From an uncultured Candidatus Saccharibacteria bacterium (GTDB lineage Bacteria; Patescibacteriota; Minisyncoccia; Phycocordibacterales; UBA2100), in NCBI GenBank assembly GCA_964623775.1, contig CAZUVH010000003.1:79400-143399 (forward strand): a DNA stretch of 64,000 nt, read 5' to 3'. Of the stretch, positions 1 to 8,969 are shown piece after piece (within the stretch, counting starts at the first letter, position 1; every line of letters begins with the position of its first letter). The notes under the pieces were generated by a model, which was not told the DNA's origin, did not search any database, and was given only the letters and a program-made list of their open reading frames with translations. Made by a program: the position numbers and the translations under genes.

Positions 1-631
1 GAAAGCCGCGCTTTCGTTCAGGAACTATCAGCTCTCATGCGAGGCGTTCTCGCGCGGCGAGATCCAGATGGTCGAGTCCAACGGCGGCCTCATGCGTTGC
101 GGCTGGGTCCCGCTCCGGTATCACCGGCGCACGCCGCTTCTGGTGAAATACGCCAGATGGCAGTCGTGCATCACGCACATGCACCCGCTCTCGCAGGCGG
201 CATGTATTGCGTACTCAGTGCTCGTATCGCAGGTTCTCGACGGACTCCCGGTACCGGTGGCATGGGAAGCGACGAAGGAAGTCCTTCGTAAACCCGTCTA
301 TGCCAAGATCCCCGGGCTCGAGACGATCCTGAGTGTGAAGACCGAGAGACCGACGGACGCTGAGATCTGGCCGAACACCGGCGCCGCCGTACTTTCCTTC
401 CGAGTCGCGCTTTGGGCATCGCTCACAGCTACGGATTTTCGGGATGGAATTACAAAGTGCACCGTCGTCGGCGGCGACACTGATACCTACGCGGCCATCG
501 CGGGGGGAATTCTCGGAGCGCGTTTTGGCGTGCAGGGAATCCCTGAAGACTGGCTGAACGGGCTGCAGGGTCGCCAGGTTGTCGAGAGACTCGTTCGAAA
601 GGTCTACAAGATCACTCATCCTCTCTCCTAA
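1..631 (+). CDS. ADP-ribosylglycohydrolase family protein (C-terminal part; 5' end lies outside window)
   Basis: Frame continues open from the window edge. C-terminal motif TVVGGDTDTYAAIAGGILGARFGVQGIPEDW is typical of the DraG/ADP-ribosylglycohydrolase family. Confidence 0.7.
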   Translation, partial: KAALSFRNYQLSCEAFSRGEIQMVESNGGLMRCGWVPLRYHRRTPLLVKYARWQSCITHMHPLSQAACIAYSVLVSQVLDGLPVPVAWEATKEVLRKPVYAKIPGLETILSVKTERPTDAEIWPNTGAAVLSFRVALWASLTATDFRDGITKCTVVGGDTDTYAAIAGGILGARFGVQGIPEDWLNGLQGRQVVERLVRKVYKITHPLS

Positions 632-717
632 AAGTTGAGCTGCGGCCGCGTATCGCGCGCCGCAGCCAACATCTTTTCCATAAAGCGCCCAAAGGTTGGA
701 CGCTTTTAGAAAAGTCC

Positions 718-733
718 TGCCTGCCGGCAGGCA
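718..733. promoter_or_regulatory. perfect 16-bp palindrome TGCCTGCCGGCAGGCA about 38 bp upstream of nadE start
   Basis: Read directly. Exact reverse-complement symmetry. Function unknown; could be an operator or a hairpin. Confidence 0.3.
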
Positions 734-770
734 TGGTCTTTGATATATGAAGAGAATACAGGAGAAACAC

Positions 771-2648
771 ATGCCCAAGTCCAAACTCGACTTCAAAATG
801 GCTGTCGGACAGATCGACACGACCGATGAAATAGAAGCTCGTCTCTCGAAGATGGTCGCATGCATTGACCGGGCTCGTAAGGGCGGAGCCAAGATGATCG
901 TTTTTCCGGAGATGGCAACTGCAAAAAAGTATCTGTGGGGCGACGATTGGGAATACGACTCGTTTATTCGCGAGATTACCGATGCGAACGAAAAAATTCG
1001 CGAAGCGTCAAAAGGGATTATTTGTATTTGGGGCTCGGTCCGTGCGGACTGGGATCGCATTGGCGAGGATGGCAGAGTGCGTAAGTACAATGCCGTACTC
1101 ATCGCGCAGGATGGCCATTGGGTCACCAACGGCCGTTTGAACGGTTGGATGCCCAAGACGAATCTGCCCGAGTACCGATTCTTCGACGATAAACGGCACT
1201 TCTATCCGGCGGCGAAGCTTGCTGCTGAATTGGAAGAGACACTCTTCTCGTTCCTCCGTCCGTTCCCCGTCACGATCGATGGTGAAAAGCTCTCGATCGG
1301 TCTCACGGTCTGTGAAGACATCTGGGAAGACGAATACGACGTCAAGCCGGCTCAGTGGTACGGGAAGAAAGGCGTCGACCTGCTCATCTGCGTATCTCAG
1401 TCGCCGTGGACCGTCGACAAATGGAAGGCTCGCGACAAGATGCTCCAGAGGCGCGCGAAAGACGTGATGTGCCCGATCCTTTATGTGAATTCGGTCGGCT
1501 TGCAGAACAATGCTAAGAATCTCGTCTGGTTCGACGGCGGCTCATGCTTCATGGGCGCAGATGGAAAAATGAAGTGGACGGCACCAAGCAATCGTGAAGA
1601 TCTCTCGATCTTCTTCCCATCAGCCGTCATCCAGAAGCCCAATGTGCTCCGGCACGTGGAAGGTATCAAGGAAAAATACGACGCGACGATTGCAGCGATG
1701 ATCGAATTCTACAAAGGCTACAAGCGGGTGATCATCGGCCTCTCCGGCGGCATCGACTCGGCGGTAGCGCTCGCAATGCACGTGAAGGCGCTCGGCGCTG
1801 AGCGCGTGCTCGCGGTCAATATGCCCACGAAGTTCAACTCATGGACGACGAGGTCGCTCGCTGAAAAGTGCGCGAAAAATTTCGGCGTCGAGTACAGAGT
1901 CGTCTCGGTACAAGAGAAGTTCGAAGCTTCGCTGCGACAAGTGGCAGAAGCGGGCTATTCGAATCCGAGCGATTTCGATTGTCAAAACGAACAGGCACGG
2001 CTTCGGGGCAGTACGCTCGCATTTATTGCGGCCAACGAGGCCACAAAGCTCGGCGGTCGCACGGGATTTACCTGCAACGGCAATAAGACTGAGGTCGCGC
2101 TCAACTACTTCACACTCTACGGCGACGGCGCGGGATGCTCAGCATTCCTCGCTGGCTATTGGAAAGGTGAAGTGTACGAGCTTGCTCATCACATCAACGG
2201 ACTCGCTGGACGAGATATGATTCCGCGAGGAATTATCGACATCGTGCCGTCGGCTGAACTCTCCGCGACGCAGAACGTGGACGAAGGCAAAGGTGACCCG
2301 ATCTTCTATCCGTTTCACGACAAGCTTCTCAAAGCGTTTCTTGTGCCACGATGGGATCCGGAAGTCATTATCCGACTCGCGATCCAGGGTACGCTTGAGG
2401 AAAAGCTCGGATGTGCGTCGGGTACTATCAAGAAGTATTTCCCGTCGCGTCAGCATCTCATTGTGAGTATTGAGTGGGCATGGCGCGAGTTCGCATACGC
2501 TGGTAAGCGGCATATGCTGCCGCCTGCATTCGTTACGGATCGTCGAGAGTTCGGATTTGATTACCGTCAGACGATCGACAGCGCGCACTTTACAAAACGG
2601 TACCAAGATCTTCTCTTCCAGTATTTGTTCCAACAAGTACTGGCGTAG
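771..2648 (+). CDS. nadE: glutamine-dependent NAD+ synthetase (N-terminal nitrilase/CN-hydrolase domain fused to NAD synthetase domain)
   Basis: SGGIDS P-loop (GLSGGIDSAVALAMH) in the C-terminal half. N-terminal CN-hydrolase-like region. AGGAG sits 7 nt before the ATG at 771; the in-frame ATG at 747 is an alternative start. Confidence 0.9.
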   Translation: MPKSKLDFKMAVGQIDTTDEIEARLSKMVACIDRARKGGAKMIVFPEMATAKKYLWGDDWEYDSFIREITDANEKIREASKGIICIWGSVRADWDRIGEDGRVRKYNAVLIAQDGHWVTNGRLNGWMPKTNLPEYRFFDDKRHFYPAAKLAAELEETLFSFLRPFPVTIDGEKLSIGLTVCEDIWEDEYDVKPAQWYGKKGVDLLICVSQSPWTVDKWKARDKMLQRRAKDVMCPILYVNSVGLQNNAKNLVWFDGGSCFMGADGKMKWTAPSNREDLSIFFPSAVIQKPNVLRHVEGIKEKYDATIAAMIEFYKGYKRVIIGLSGGIDSAVALAMHVKALGAERVLAVNMPTKFNSWTTRSLAEKCAKNFGVEYRVVSVQEKFEASLRQVAEAGYSNPSDFDCQNEQARLRGSTLAFIAANEATKLGGRTGFTCNGNKTEVALNYFTLYGDGAGCSAFLAGYWKGEVYELAHHINGLAGRDMIPRGIIDIVPSAELSATQNVDEGKGDPIFYPFHDKLLKAFLVPRWDPEVIIRLAIQGTLEEKLGCASGTIKKYFPSRQHLIVSIEWAWREFAYAGKRHMLPPAFVTDRREFGFDYRQTIDSAHFTKRYQDLLFQYLFQQVLA

Positions 2649-2665
2649 TTCTCTTCAATCTTTGC

Positions 2666-2691
2666 GGAGTGGTGTATTCTCACACCACTCC
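2666..2691. promoter_or_regulatory. inverted repeat GGAGTGGTGT-ATTCTC-ACACCACTCC between nadE and pncB
   Basis: 10-bp arms with no following T-run. The core GTGTAT..ACAC loosely resembles the TAGTGTA..TACACTA sites. Could be an operator variant or an RNA hairpin. Confidence 0.3.
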
Positions 2692-2759
2692 GCATCTACA
2701 TAAGGCATCTAATACATTGGGTGTCTTTAAAGAATTGTTCTTTGAGAGGAGAAGAAAAA

Positions 2760-4126
2760 TGACCGACTTCGTAGGACGCGTATTGCGACCCGAGCGACCG
2801 GATTGGATCGTCAGATCCCTGCTCGACGTCGACTTCTATAAATTCACGATGGGATATTTTATCTGGAAATTCCATCGTGGCGTTAATGTGAAATTCCGGC
2901 TCATCAATCGCAACACCGCGCTTCCGCTCGCAAAACTGGTCGATGAGAACGAGTTGCGTCATCAGCTCGATCATGTACGGACGCTCAAGTTCGGACTGAC
3001 CAATCTTTCATACTTGAGAGGTATGAGAGTCTATGGCGACGTGATGTTCTCTGAAGATTACTATGCATTTCTTGAGAATATGCGCATGACGCCGTACGTG
3101 CTCGAGAGGGTTGGCGATCAATACGAGCTCACATTCGAGGGCCCATGGGAAGTCGTCACATTTTGGGAGACGATAGCGCTTGCGATCGTTTGCGAGCTCT
3201 TGTACCGCAAGCTCATGAGCACGATGACCAAGGCGGAGCTCTCCGCGCTCTATGGTGCAGCGTTTGATCACCTTTATGAGAAACTCGCGACGCTCAAGCT
3301 CCGGTCCGGCATCAGATTTGCCGATTTCAGCCAAAGGCGACGTCACAGCTTCCTTTGGCAGCAGTCCGCGATCGAAATGGCGCAGGAAGTCATGGAGTCT
3401 CAATTCACGGGTACAAGCAATACGTGGATGGCATTCAACCGGGACTTGGTGCCTATCGGTACTAACGCACACGAGCTGCCGATGGTCATGACTGCACTCG
3501 CACCGACGGATCGCGCAAAGAAAACGGCTCAATATCAAGTATTGCGAGAGTGGGGGAAGCTCTTCCCGCACAACGCATTGCGTATCGTGCTCCCCGATAC
3601 ATACGGCAGTGCGCAGTTCTGGCGCGATATGCCGGTAGATCTAGCACACGAGGTCGCGCATACATGGCGCGGTGAGCGTGAGGATTCGGGCGATCCCGTG
3701 AAAGGCGCTCGGGCGTACGTACATTGGCTTATGTCAAAAGGTGTGAGTCATAAAGACATCAAAGCCAACAAGATCGTGATTCCATCCGATGGCCTCGACG
3801 TTGATTCAATGTATCGAATCGATCATGAACTTGACGGTCTTATTGGGCATCCGTTCGGTTGGGGTACCAACTTCGCCAACGGATTCGCAGGATGTCATCC
3901 GCGCGGAGCCGACAGGGCGATTGTGGACGGAGTGGGACTCGACCTGACGTACGATCAGCTCTTCCGCGGCCACTCGATCGTGGTGAAGGTGGAGAGCGCC
4001 AACGGCTACGGAGCTGTGAAGCTTTCTAACAACATCAAGAAAGCGACTGGTCGGCCGGAAGACATCGCTCGCTACATCAAGATCTTCGGCAGCGAAGGTC
4101 AGGTGTCGCAAGACGTATCGGTCTGA
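2760..4126 (+). CDS. pncB: nicotinate phosphoribosyltransferase
   Basis: N-terminal LLDVDFYKFTM matches the PncB LLDTD.YK.TM signature. GAGGAG RBS before the ATG at 2760. About 455 aa. Confidence 0.85.
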
Positions 4127-4140
4127 TCTTTCTTCAAAAC

Positions 4141-4181
4141 AAAAGCCCCTGGCGAATTTTCGCCAGGGGCATTCTCTTTTT
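4141..4181. terminator. bidirectional rho-independent terminator between pncB and nadM
   Basis: GCCCCTGGCG-AATTTT-CGCCAGGGGC stem flanked by an A-run on one side and a T-run on the other. Confidence 0.7.
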
Positions 4182-4183
4182 CA

Positions 4184-5107
4184 TTACTTACGCTGATTGT
4201 CCCATCGCTCGATCAGGCGCTTGACGAGCGGCTGATGCCACGGGACGAACATCGATTCCAATTCGTCTCGCTCGAACCACCGTGCTCCTTTGGCGTCGTC
4301 GCCGGGAGTGAGGGCACCATCACGATGTTTTGTCACGAAAAGGGAAGAGTAGATCTTGTCCTTTGACTTGCGGTAACGCGGATCGTCGATACGGATTCTC
4401 TTGCCGAGCTGCGTGTAGTCGTCGCTCGTGACGATATCCGGCAATTCTTCACTGCGTTCGCGCCGCGCCGCGTCTTCGTCGTTCTCGTCCTTTTCCGCGT
4501 CGACGAAACCGCCCGGTAGCGAATAAAGACCATCAAACCAACGCTTGCTTATGCCCACGACGCGCTGGCTGAGATCATTCACAATCGCGATGTCTGCCGC
4601 AGAATATGCGACCGCCGGCCGTGTCTGCTCGTGATGAATGATAGCTTCACGTGCTGTCATGTTGGCGGAATGCATGATCGATTTACGCAGATCGGTGCCG
4701 CTAACGTCCGAGACTGGTTCGATGTACTGGACAGCGTATTTCCCAGACTCTTTGTAGGCATCTAGAAAGCTCTCGCGAGAGCCGATCATCGTGACCTGCC
4801 GACTCTCGCCGTATTTTGAGCCCACGAGCTCATCGAGCCAATTGCTCCAGCGGTTGTGTGAGAACGGATGATCGCGAAGTCGCTCGATCTCGATATTCAT
4901 ATCCGGAAATCTCTCTTCCACCATCAGTCTCCGCTCTTGGAAGGTGAGGGGATCGCGGTCGGTCCGTAGTCCTCCATGATCGCCAAGCACGATCATGAGT
5001 TCGTCGCACTGCTCTTGCGCACTGCGCACGAGATGTAGGTGGCCTGGATGGAGGTCCGGGACTTGGAATCTGGCGACGATTACGCCGAGCTTTGGACGGA
5101 CAGTCAT
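4184..5107 (-). CDS. nadM: bifunctional NMN adenylyltransferase / Nudix ADP-ribose pyrophosphatase
   Basis: N-terminal cytidylyltransferase H-x-G-H motif (HPGH). C-terminal Nudix box with GG, E and REExEE-like residues. GAGGAGAAG RBS before the ATG at 5107. Start trimmed from the ORF-track start at 5185. Confidence 0.85.
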   Translation of the reverse strand: MTVRPKLGVIVARFQVPDLHPGHLHLVRSAQEQCDELMIVLGDHGGLRTDRDPLTFQERRLMVEERFPDMNIEIERLRDHPFSHNRWSNWLDELVGSKYGESRQVTMIGSRESFLDAYKESGKYAVQYIEPVSDVSGTDLRKSIMHSANMTAREAIIHHEQTRPAVAYSAADIAIVNDLSQRVVGISKRWFDGLYSLPGGFVDAEKDENDEDAARRERSEELPDIVTSDDYTQLGKRIRIDDPRYRKSKDKIYSSLFVTKHRDGALTPGDDAKGARWFERDELESMFVPWHQPLVKRLIERWDNQRK

Positions 5108-5194
5108 GACACTTCTCCTCTGTATTCGTAAAGATCTTTCTGCGGGCTGCATAATGTCACATTTCGTTTTTTTCTCAACGCACACTGCTTCTAA

Positions 5195-5213
5195 TAGTGT
5201 AGTATATACACTA
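5195..5213. promoter_or_regulatory. 19-bp palindrome TAGTGTA-GTATA-TACACTA, candidate NrtR operator upstream of nadM
   Basis: Perfect 7-bp inverted arms. Shares the TAGTGTA/TACACTA arms with the site at 7041. Lies about 88 bp upstream of the nadM start in the nadM/membrane-protein divergent region. Confidence 0.55.
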
Positions 5214-5441
5214 AGTATAGCAAGTCAACCCCGTCAGAAATAGCCCGCCCCGCAGACCCTTCAGGCGCGCCAGCGCGGGCGCGATTTCTAACGCGGTCAA
5301 ACAAAAAGACCAGGGAGTTGCTATTCGTCGGGCTTGATCACGTAACAATTTTATAGGGTGTCAATATCGACAATTTCTTTTTTTCTCATTATAGTCTCGC
5401 CTGGACTAAAGAGTTGAAACTGATCGAAAGGAGATCAAATC

Positions 5442-6236
5442 GTGGAAACATTGTTTGCTGGCGGAATTCTCGGCTTTTTTGCCGGCCTTGTCCTCTTCCT
5501 CGGGTGGTGGGCGTGGCCGCTACTGCTCCTGATGTGCGCTTTCGGAGTCTGCTTTAGCGTGGGCTTTGGCGTGTTCCCGCAGCGCAAGATTATGGCGACC
5601 ATCTTCCTCGTGCCATCAATGCTGCTTTTCTACCATCTCGTCGGCTGGGGATTGGTCGAGTTCTTCCTCAATCACTGGCGGACTTTGCTCTGGGTTATCG
5701 GCGGCCATCTCTTGATCGGCGGCGCATGGTGCATATTCGGGCGCTGGAATTTGAAGCATATGCGATTCAGCGGCAAAGCGAAGAAGGCCTTCGAGGATTT
5801 CGTAAAATCGTGGAAGAGCAAGATTTGCGAAGCGGACGATCCGAATCACTGGACGTCTGAACTTTCGCGCCTCGGGTACGCACCACCCGCCGGCGAGGGC
5901 TCGGGAAAAGAGCGATATTCCCGTGTCTCGGAAGCTGCAAAAACCAATGCAAACGATAAGCGGACAGCAGCGATTGCATTGCTCGCCAACAATGAGCTCC
6001 CGAAGGAGCTGGAAGCTCAGTGGGATGAGAATGAGTACTCTCACATGCCTCGCGCTTCTGAGCACAAGCTGGAGATTGCGTACTGGATCTTCGCTTGGCC
6101 TATCGACATTCCCGTCTGGATCGTCACTGATCTGGCCTGGGACTTTATCGAGGGTGTGATCAGATGGTTTGGCGGTGTGTTCTCGTGGGTTGCCAGCTGG
6201 CACTACAGGGATATGGATCCTCGCTACATCAAGTAA
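5442..6236 (+). CDS. hypothetical integral membrane protein
   Basis: GTG start preceded by AAGGAG. Several hydrophobic helices. No recognisable family. Confidence 0.5.
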   Translation: METLFAGGILGFFAGLVLFLGWWAWPLLLLMCAFGVCFSVGFGVFPQRKIMATIFLVPSMLLFYHLVGWGLVEFFLNHWRTLLWVIGGHLLIGGAWCIFGRWNLKHMRFSGKAKKAFEDFVKSWKSKICEADDPNHWTSELSRLGYAPPAGEGSGKERYSRVSEAAKTNANDKRTAAIALLANNELPKELEAQWDENEYSHMPRASEHKLEIAYWIFAWPIDIPVWIVTDLAWDFIEGVIRWFGGVFSWVASWHYRDMDPRYIK

Positions 6237-6245
6237 GTTCTACAA

Positions 6246-6279
6246 AGACCTCCGCTTTCGCGGAGGTCTTTTCTTTTTA
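6246..6279. terminator. bidirectional terminator
   Basis: AGACCTCCGC-TTTC-GCGGAGGTCT followed by TTTTCTTTTT. Confidence 0.65.
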
Positions 6280-6282
6280 TAT

Positions 6283-6969
6283 TTAGAGCACCTCTATTTC
6301 AGAAACTTTGTTTGAGGCGAAGCTGTAGAGCTGCGCCGGGCGGAAGCGGCCGCCACTTTTCTTGTGGGGGAGCTTTTTCAAAATCTTGAGCTTGAGAATT
6401 TTCTTGCGGAAATTGCGTTTATCGAGGTCGGTAGAGGTAAGGCACTCATACGCTTTTTCGAGATCAGTGAGCGTGAATTCGTGTGGCATGAGCTTATTGA
6501 TGAGTGTCGTGTAGTGCACGCGCGATCGCAGACGCTGAAGTGCCAAGGCGAGGATCTCGTCGTGATCGTACGCGAGGTTCTTTGCAGATTTTACCGGTAC
6601 CCACTTTGCACCATGCGAATCGCTCTGCTCTTTTTCGTCGAGCTTTTCCCACGGCACGAGCGCGAGGTAGGCGACAGCAACGACGCGTCCGCGGGGATCG
6701 CGTTCGATATGACTAAACGTATAGAGTTGTTCGATATAGATTTTCTTCGCGTCGATCCCGCTTTTTTCCTCGAGATGTCGCACGGCTGCCTGCTCGGCAG
6801 TCTCGTGGGGGAGGAGGAGCCCGCCCGGCAATCCAGGGACATTTTTAAAATGGGGTGGGCGATCGACGTTGATGAGGCGGACGTGCAGTACGCCTTCCTT
6901 GATCGTAAAGAGGGCCGTGTCTGCGGCCAATACTGCAAAGCGCAGATGCGGACTCGGGTCTTTTGCCAT
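6283..6969 (-). CDS. nrtR: NrtR-type regulator (Nudix-related transcriptional regulator of NAD metabolism)
   Basis: N-terminal Nudix-like domain plus a basic C-terminal region with winged-helix character. It sits among its classical targets: nadM, pncB, nadE, pnuC and nadR. Confidence 0.8.
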   Translation of the reverse strand: MAKDPSPHLRFAVLAADTALFTIKEGVLHVRLINVDRPPHFKNVPGLPGGLLLPHETAEQAAVRHLEEKSGIDAKKIYIEQLYTFSHIERDPRGRVVAVAYLALVPWEKLDEKEQSDSHGAKWVPVKSAKNLAYDHDEILALALQRLRSRVHYTTLINKLMPHEFTLTDLEKAYECLTSTDLDKRNFRKKILKLKILKKLPHKKSGGRFRPAQLYSFASNKVSEIEVL

Positions 6970-7040
6970 AGATGATTAATGGTAGCACTTTTGCAGTAAT
7001 TGTCAATAGTACACTTATTCACACAGTACTTGCATTTATT

Positions 7041-7066
7041 TAGTGTATGAAATACACTAAGTGTAT
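7041..7066. promoter_or_regulatory. two overlapping palindromes sharing AGTGTAT/ATACACT half-sites; candidate NrtR operator at pnuC
   Basis: TAGTGTAT-GAA-ATACACTA (7041-7059) and ATACACT-A-AGTGTAT (7052-7066) were read directly. The array overlaps the annotated pnuC ATG and the nrtR/pnuC divergent promoter region. Confidence 0.55.
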
Positions 7067-7772
7067 GAAACACATTATCTCGCGGCTCGCAGGTAGCTGG
7101 GAAGCCCACAAAGAAGGGCTCCTCGTAGCTGGTGCGATGTTCGCGGTGACCGTCGTGTATGAGACGATAACCGCACATTTTGTAGCGGATTACTCGCTTA
7201 ATATGTATGAATTCGTCGGGACGTGGTCGGGGCTCGTATGTGTATGGCTTTCACGCACACGCAATATATTGTGCTGGCCCTGGGGGATCGTGAGCTGTAT
7301 TTCGCTTGGATTCTTTTTCGCACAGATCGGTCTGCCAGGGCAACAGTGGCTCAACTGGGTGTACTTTACGGCGGTGCAATTGTGGGCGTGGCCGTACTGG
7401 GCATTTGGAGGCGAGCACTACGATGAGCTGCCGGTCACGAGGCTCTCATGGCTCGAAAGATTTCTCACTCTCGCGATGATTGCCGCCGGCACGGCTGTCG
7501 TATTCGCGCTCATCGGATACTTCTCGCCGGGATCGTTCTATCCGGTCCTCGATTCGCTCGTGGTCGCCTCGAGTGTCGTTGCACAATTCCTGCTCGGCCG
7601 CAAAAAAATCGAAAGCTGGATTCTGTGGCTCGGGCCCGTCAACATGCTCTCCATTTTCCTCTTTTTCTCGGCCGGTGCGTACACCCTGACGGCGCTTTAC
7701 ATCGCATTCTTTATACACGCGGCATTTGCGATCCGATCATGGCAGGCGGTTGAGGTAAAAACCGCATCATAG
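7047..7772 (+). CDS. pnuC: nicotinamide riboside transporter PnuC
   Basis: About 7 TM helices with a Trp-rich pattern (WPWG, WAWPYW) typical of PnuC. NAD-regulon context. Alternative start at 7065 (MKHII). Confidence 0.75.
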   Translation: MKYTKCMKHIISRLAGSWEAHKEGLLVAGAMFAVTVVYETITAHFVADYSLNMYEFVGTWSGLVCVWLSRTRNILCWPWGIVSCISLGFFFAQIGLPGQQWLNWVYFTAVQLWAWPYWAFGGEHYDELPVTRLSWLERFLTLAMIAAGTAVVFALIGYFSPGSFYPVLDSLVVASSVVAQFLLGRKKIESWILWLGPVNMLSIFLFFSAGAYTLTALYIAFFIHAAFAIRSWQAVEVKTAS

Positions 7773-7774
7773 GT

Positions 7775-8758
7775 ATGTACGGGCGCGGACTCGTCGTCGG
7801 CAAATTCTACCCACCGCATCGCGGGCACAAATATTTGATCGATGCTGCGCTCTCGCAATGCGAAAGTGTCACCGTCCTCGTTCTTTCGGAAAGTAATCAG
7901 TCGATTTCAGGAGACCTGCGATCTGCGTGGCTCAAGACGATCCACCCGACGGCTGACATACGACATATCGCGGACACTCCGATCGGCGAAGATGATTCTG
8001 CGGGGTGGGCAAAATTTACGATCGATTACCTCGGGTATGTTCCCGACGCGGTCTTCACATCTGAAGAGTATGGGCATGCATATGCACTCTTCATGGGCAC
8101 GAAGCATGTACTCGTAGACAAGGATCGTCTCGTCGTGCCGATTTCCGGTACGAAAGTGCGCTCGAATCCTCTACGACATTTTGAATTTCTCGAGCCATGT
8201 GTACGGAAGTATTTTGTGAAGCGCATTGCCATCGTGGGTGCCGAATCCACAGGCACGACGACGCTCGCAAAAGATCTGGCAGCTCACTACAAGACTGTCT
8301 GGGCCCCTGAATTCGGTCGGATGTATTCCGAAGGGAAACTATTTGCCGACAAAAATGCCGCATGGCGCAGTGAAGAGTTTGAGATCATCGCCCGTGCGCA
8401 AAATGATCTTGAAGACGCGCTCGCCGAGTCGTGCAACGGGCTCCTCATCTGTGATACCGACGCCTTTGCGACCGGTATTTGGCATGAGCGCTACATGGGG
8501 CGACGTTCTCCACGGGTGGAGCAGATCGCTGAGGCACATGTGCACGATCTCTACATCGTGACCGGTGATGAGATTCCGTTTGAGCAAGATGGCACACGCG
8601 ATGGCGAGCATATCCGGCATTGGATGCACGAAAGATTTCTCGAACGGCTAAAAGAAGATCATAAACCCCACATTATTGTTCGCGGCAATCGCGAGGTGCG
8701 CCTACAAAAGGCGATCGAGGCGATTGCGACCCGCTCTATGCACGCGACCGCTTCATGA
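7775..8758 (+). CDS. nadR: NadR-like bifunctional NMN adenylyltransferase / ribosylnicotinamide kinase (no N-terminal HTH)
   Basis: GKFYPPHRGH nucleotidyltransferase motif at the N-terminus. Walker A (GAESTGTTT) in the C-terminal kinase domain. Confidence 0.8.
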   Translation: MYGRGLVVGKFYPPHRGHKYLIDAALSQCESVTVLVLSESNQSISGDLRSAWLKTIHPTADIRHIADTPIGEDDSAGWAKFTIDYLGYVPDAVFTSEEYGHAYALFMGTKHVLVDKDRLVVPISGTKVRSNPLRHFEFLEPCVRKYFVKRIAIVGAESTGTTTLAKDLAAHYKTVWAPEFGRMYSEGKLFADKNAAWRSEEFEIIARAQNDLEDALAESCNGLLICDTDAFATGIWHERYMGRRSPRVEQIAEAHVHDLYIVTGDEIPFEQDGTRDGEHIRHWMHERFLERLKEDHKPHIIVRGNREVRLQKAIEAIATRSMHATAS

Positions 8759-8969
8759 GAAGTACACTTGACTTATGTACAATACTCATGTTGTATTGAG
8801 AGGTTGTATTGAACTCTCCGTGACTTTCAACCAACGTGCCTAGTCGCCCCCTTACTCGAAGAGCCCTGTTTCATGATCTAGCTATCGAAATAGCTATGTC
8901 AGCACACAAAACTGCATCACACAAACGACACGCAAGAGCGAGAGCATTTTCTACTTACCGAGGCAGGTA

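Noticed and set aside
215-1156. 313-aa minus-strand ORF spanning the ADP-ribosylglycohydrolase/nadE junction
   Set aside because: It overlaps two well-supported + strand genes. Its composition is Arg/Ser/Pro-rich, which is typical of an antisense frame in GC-rich DNA.
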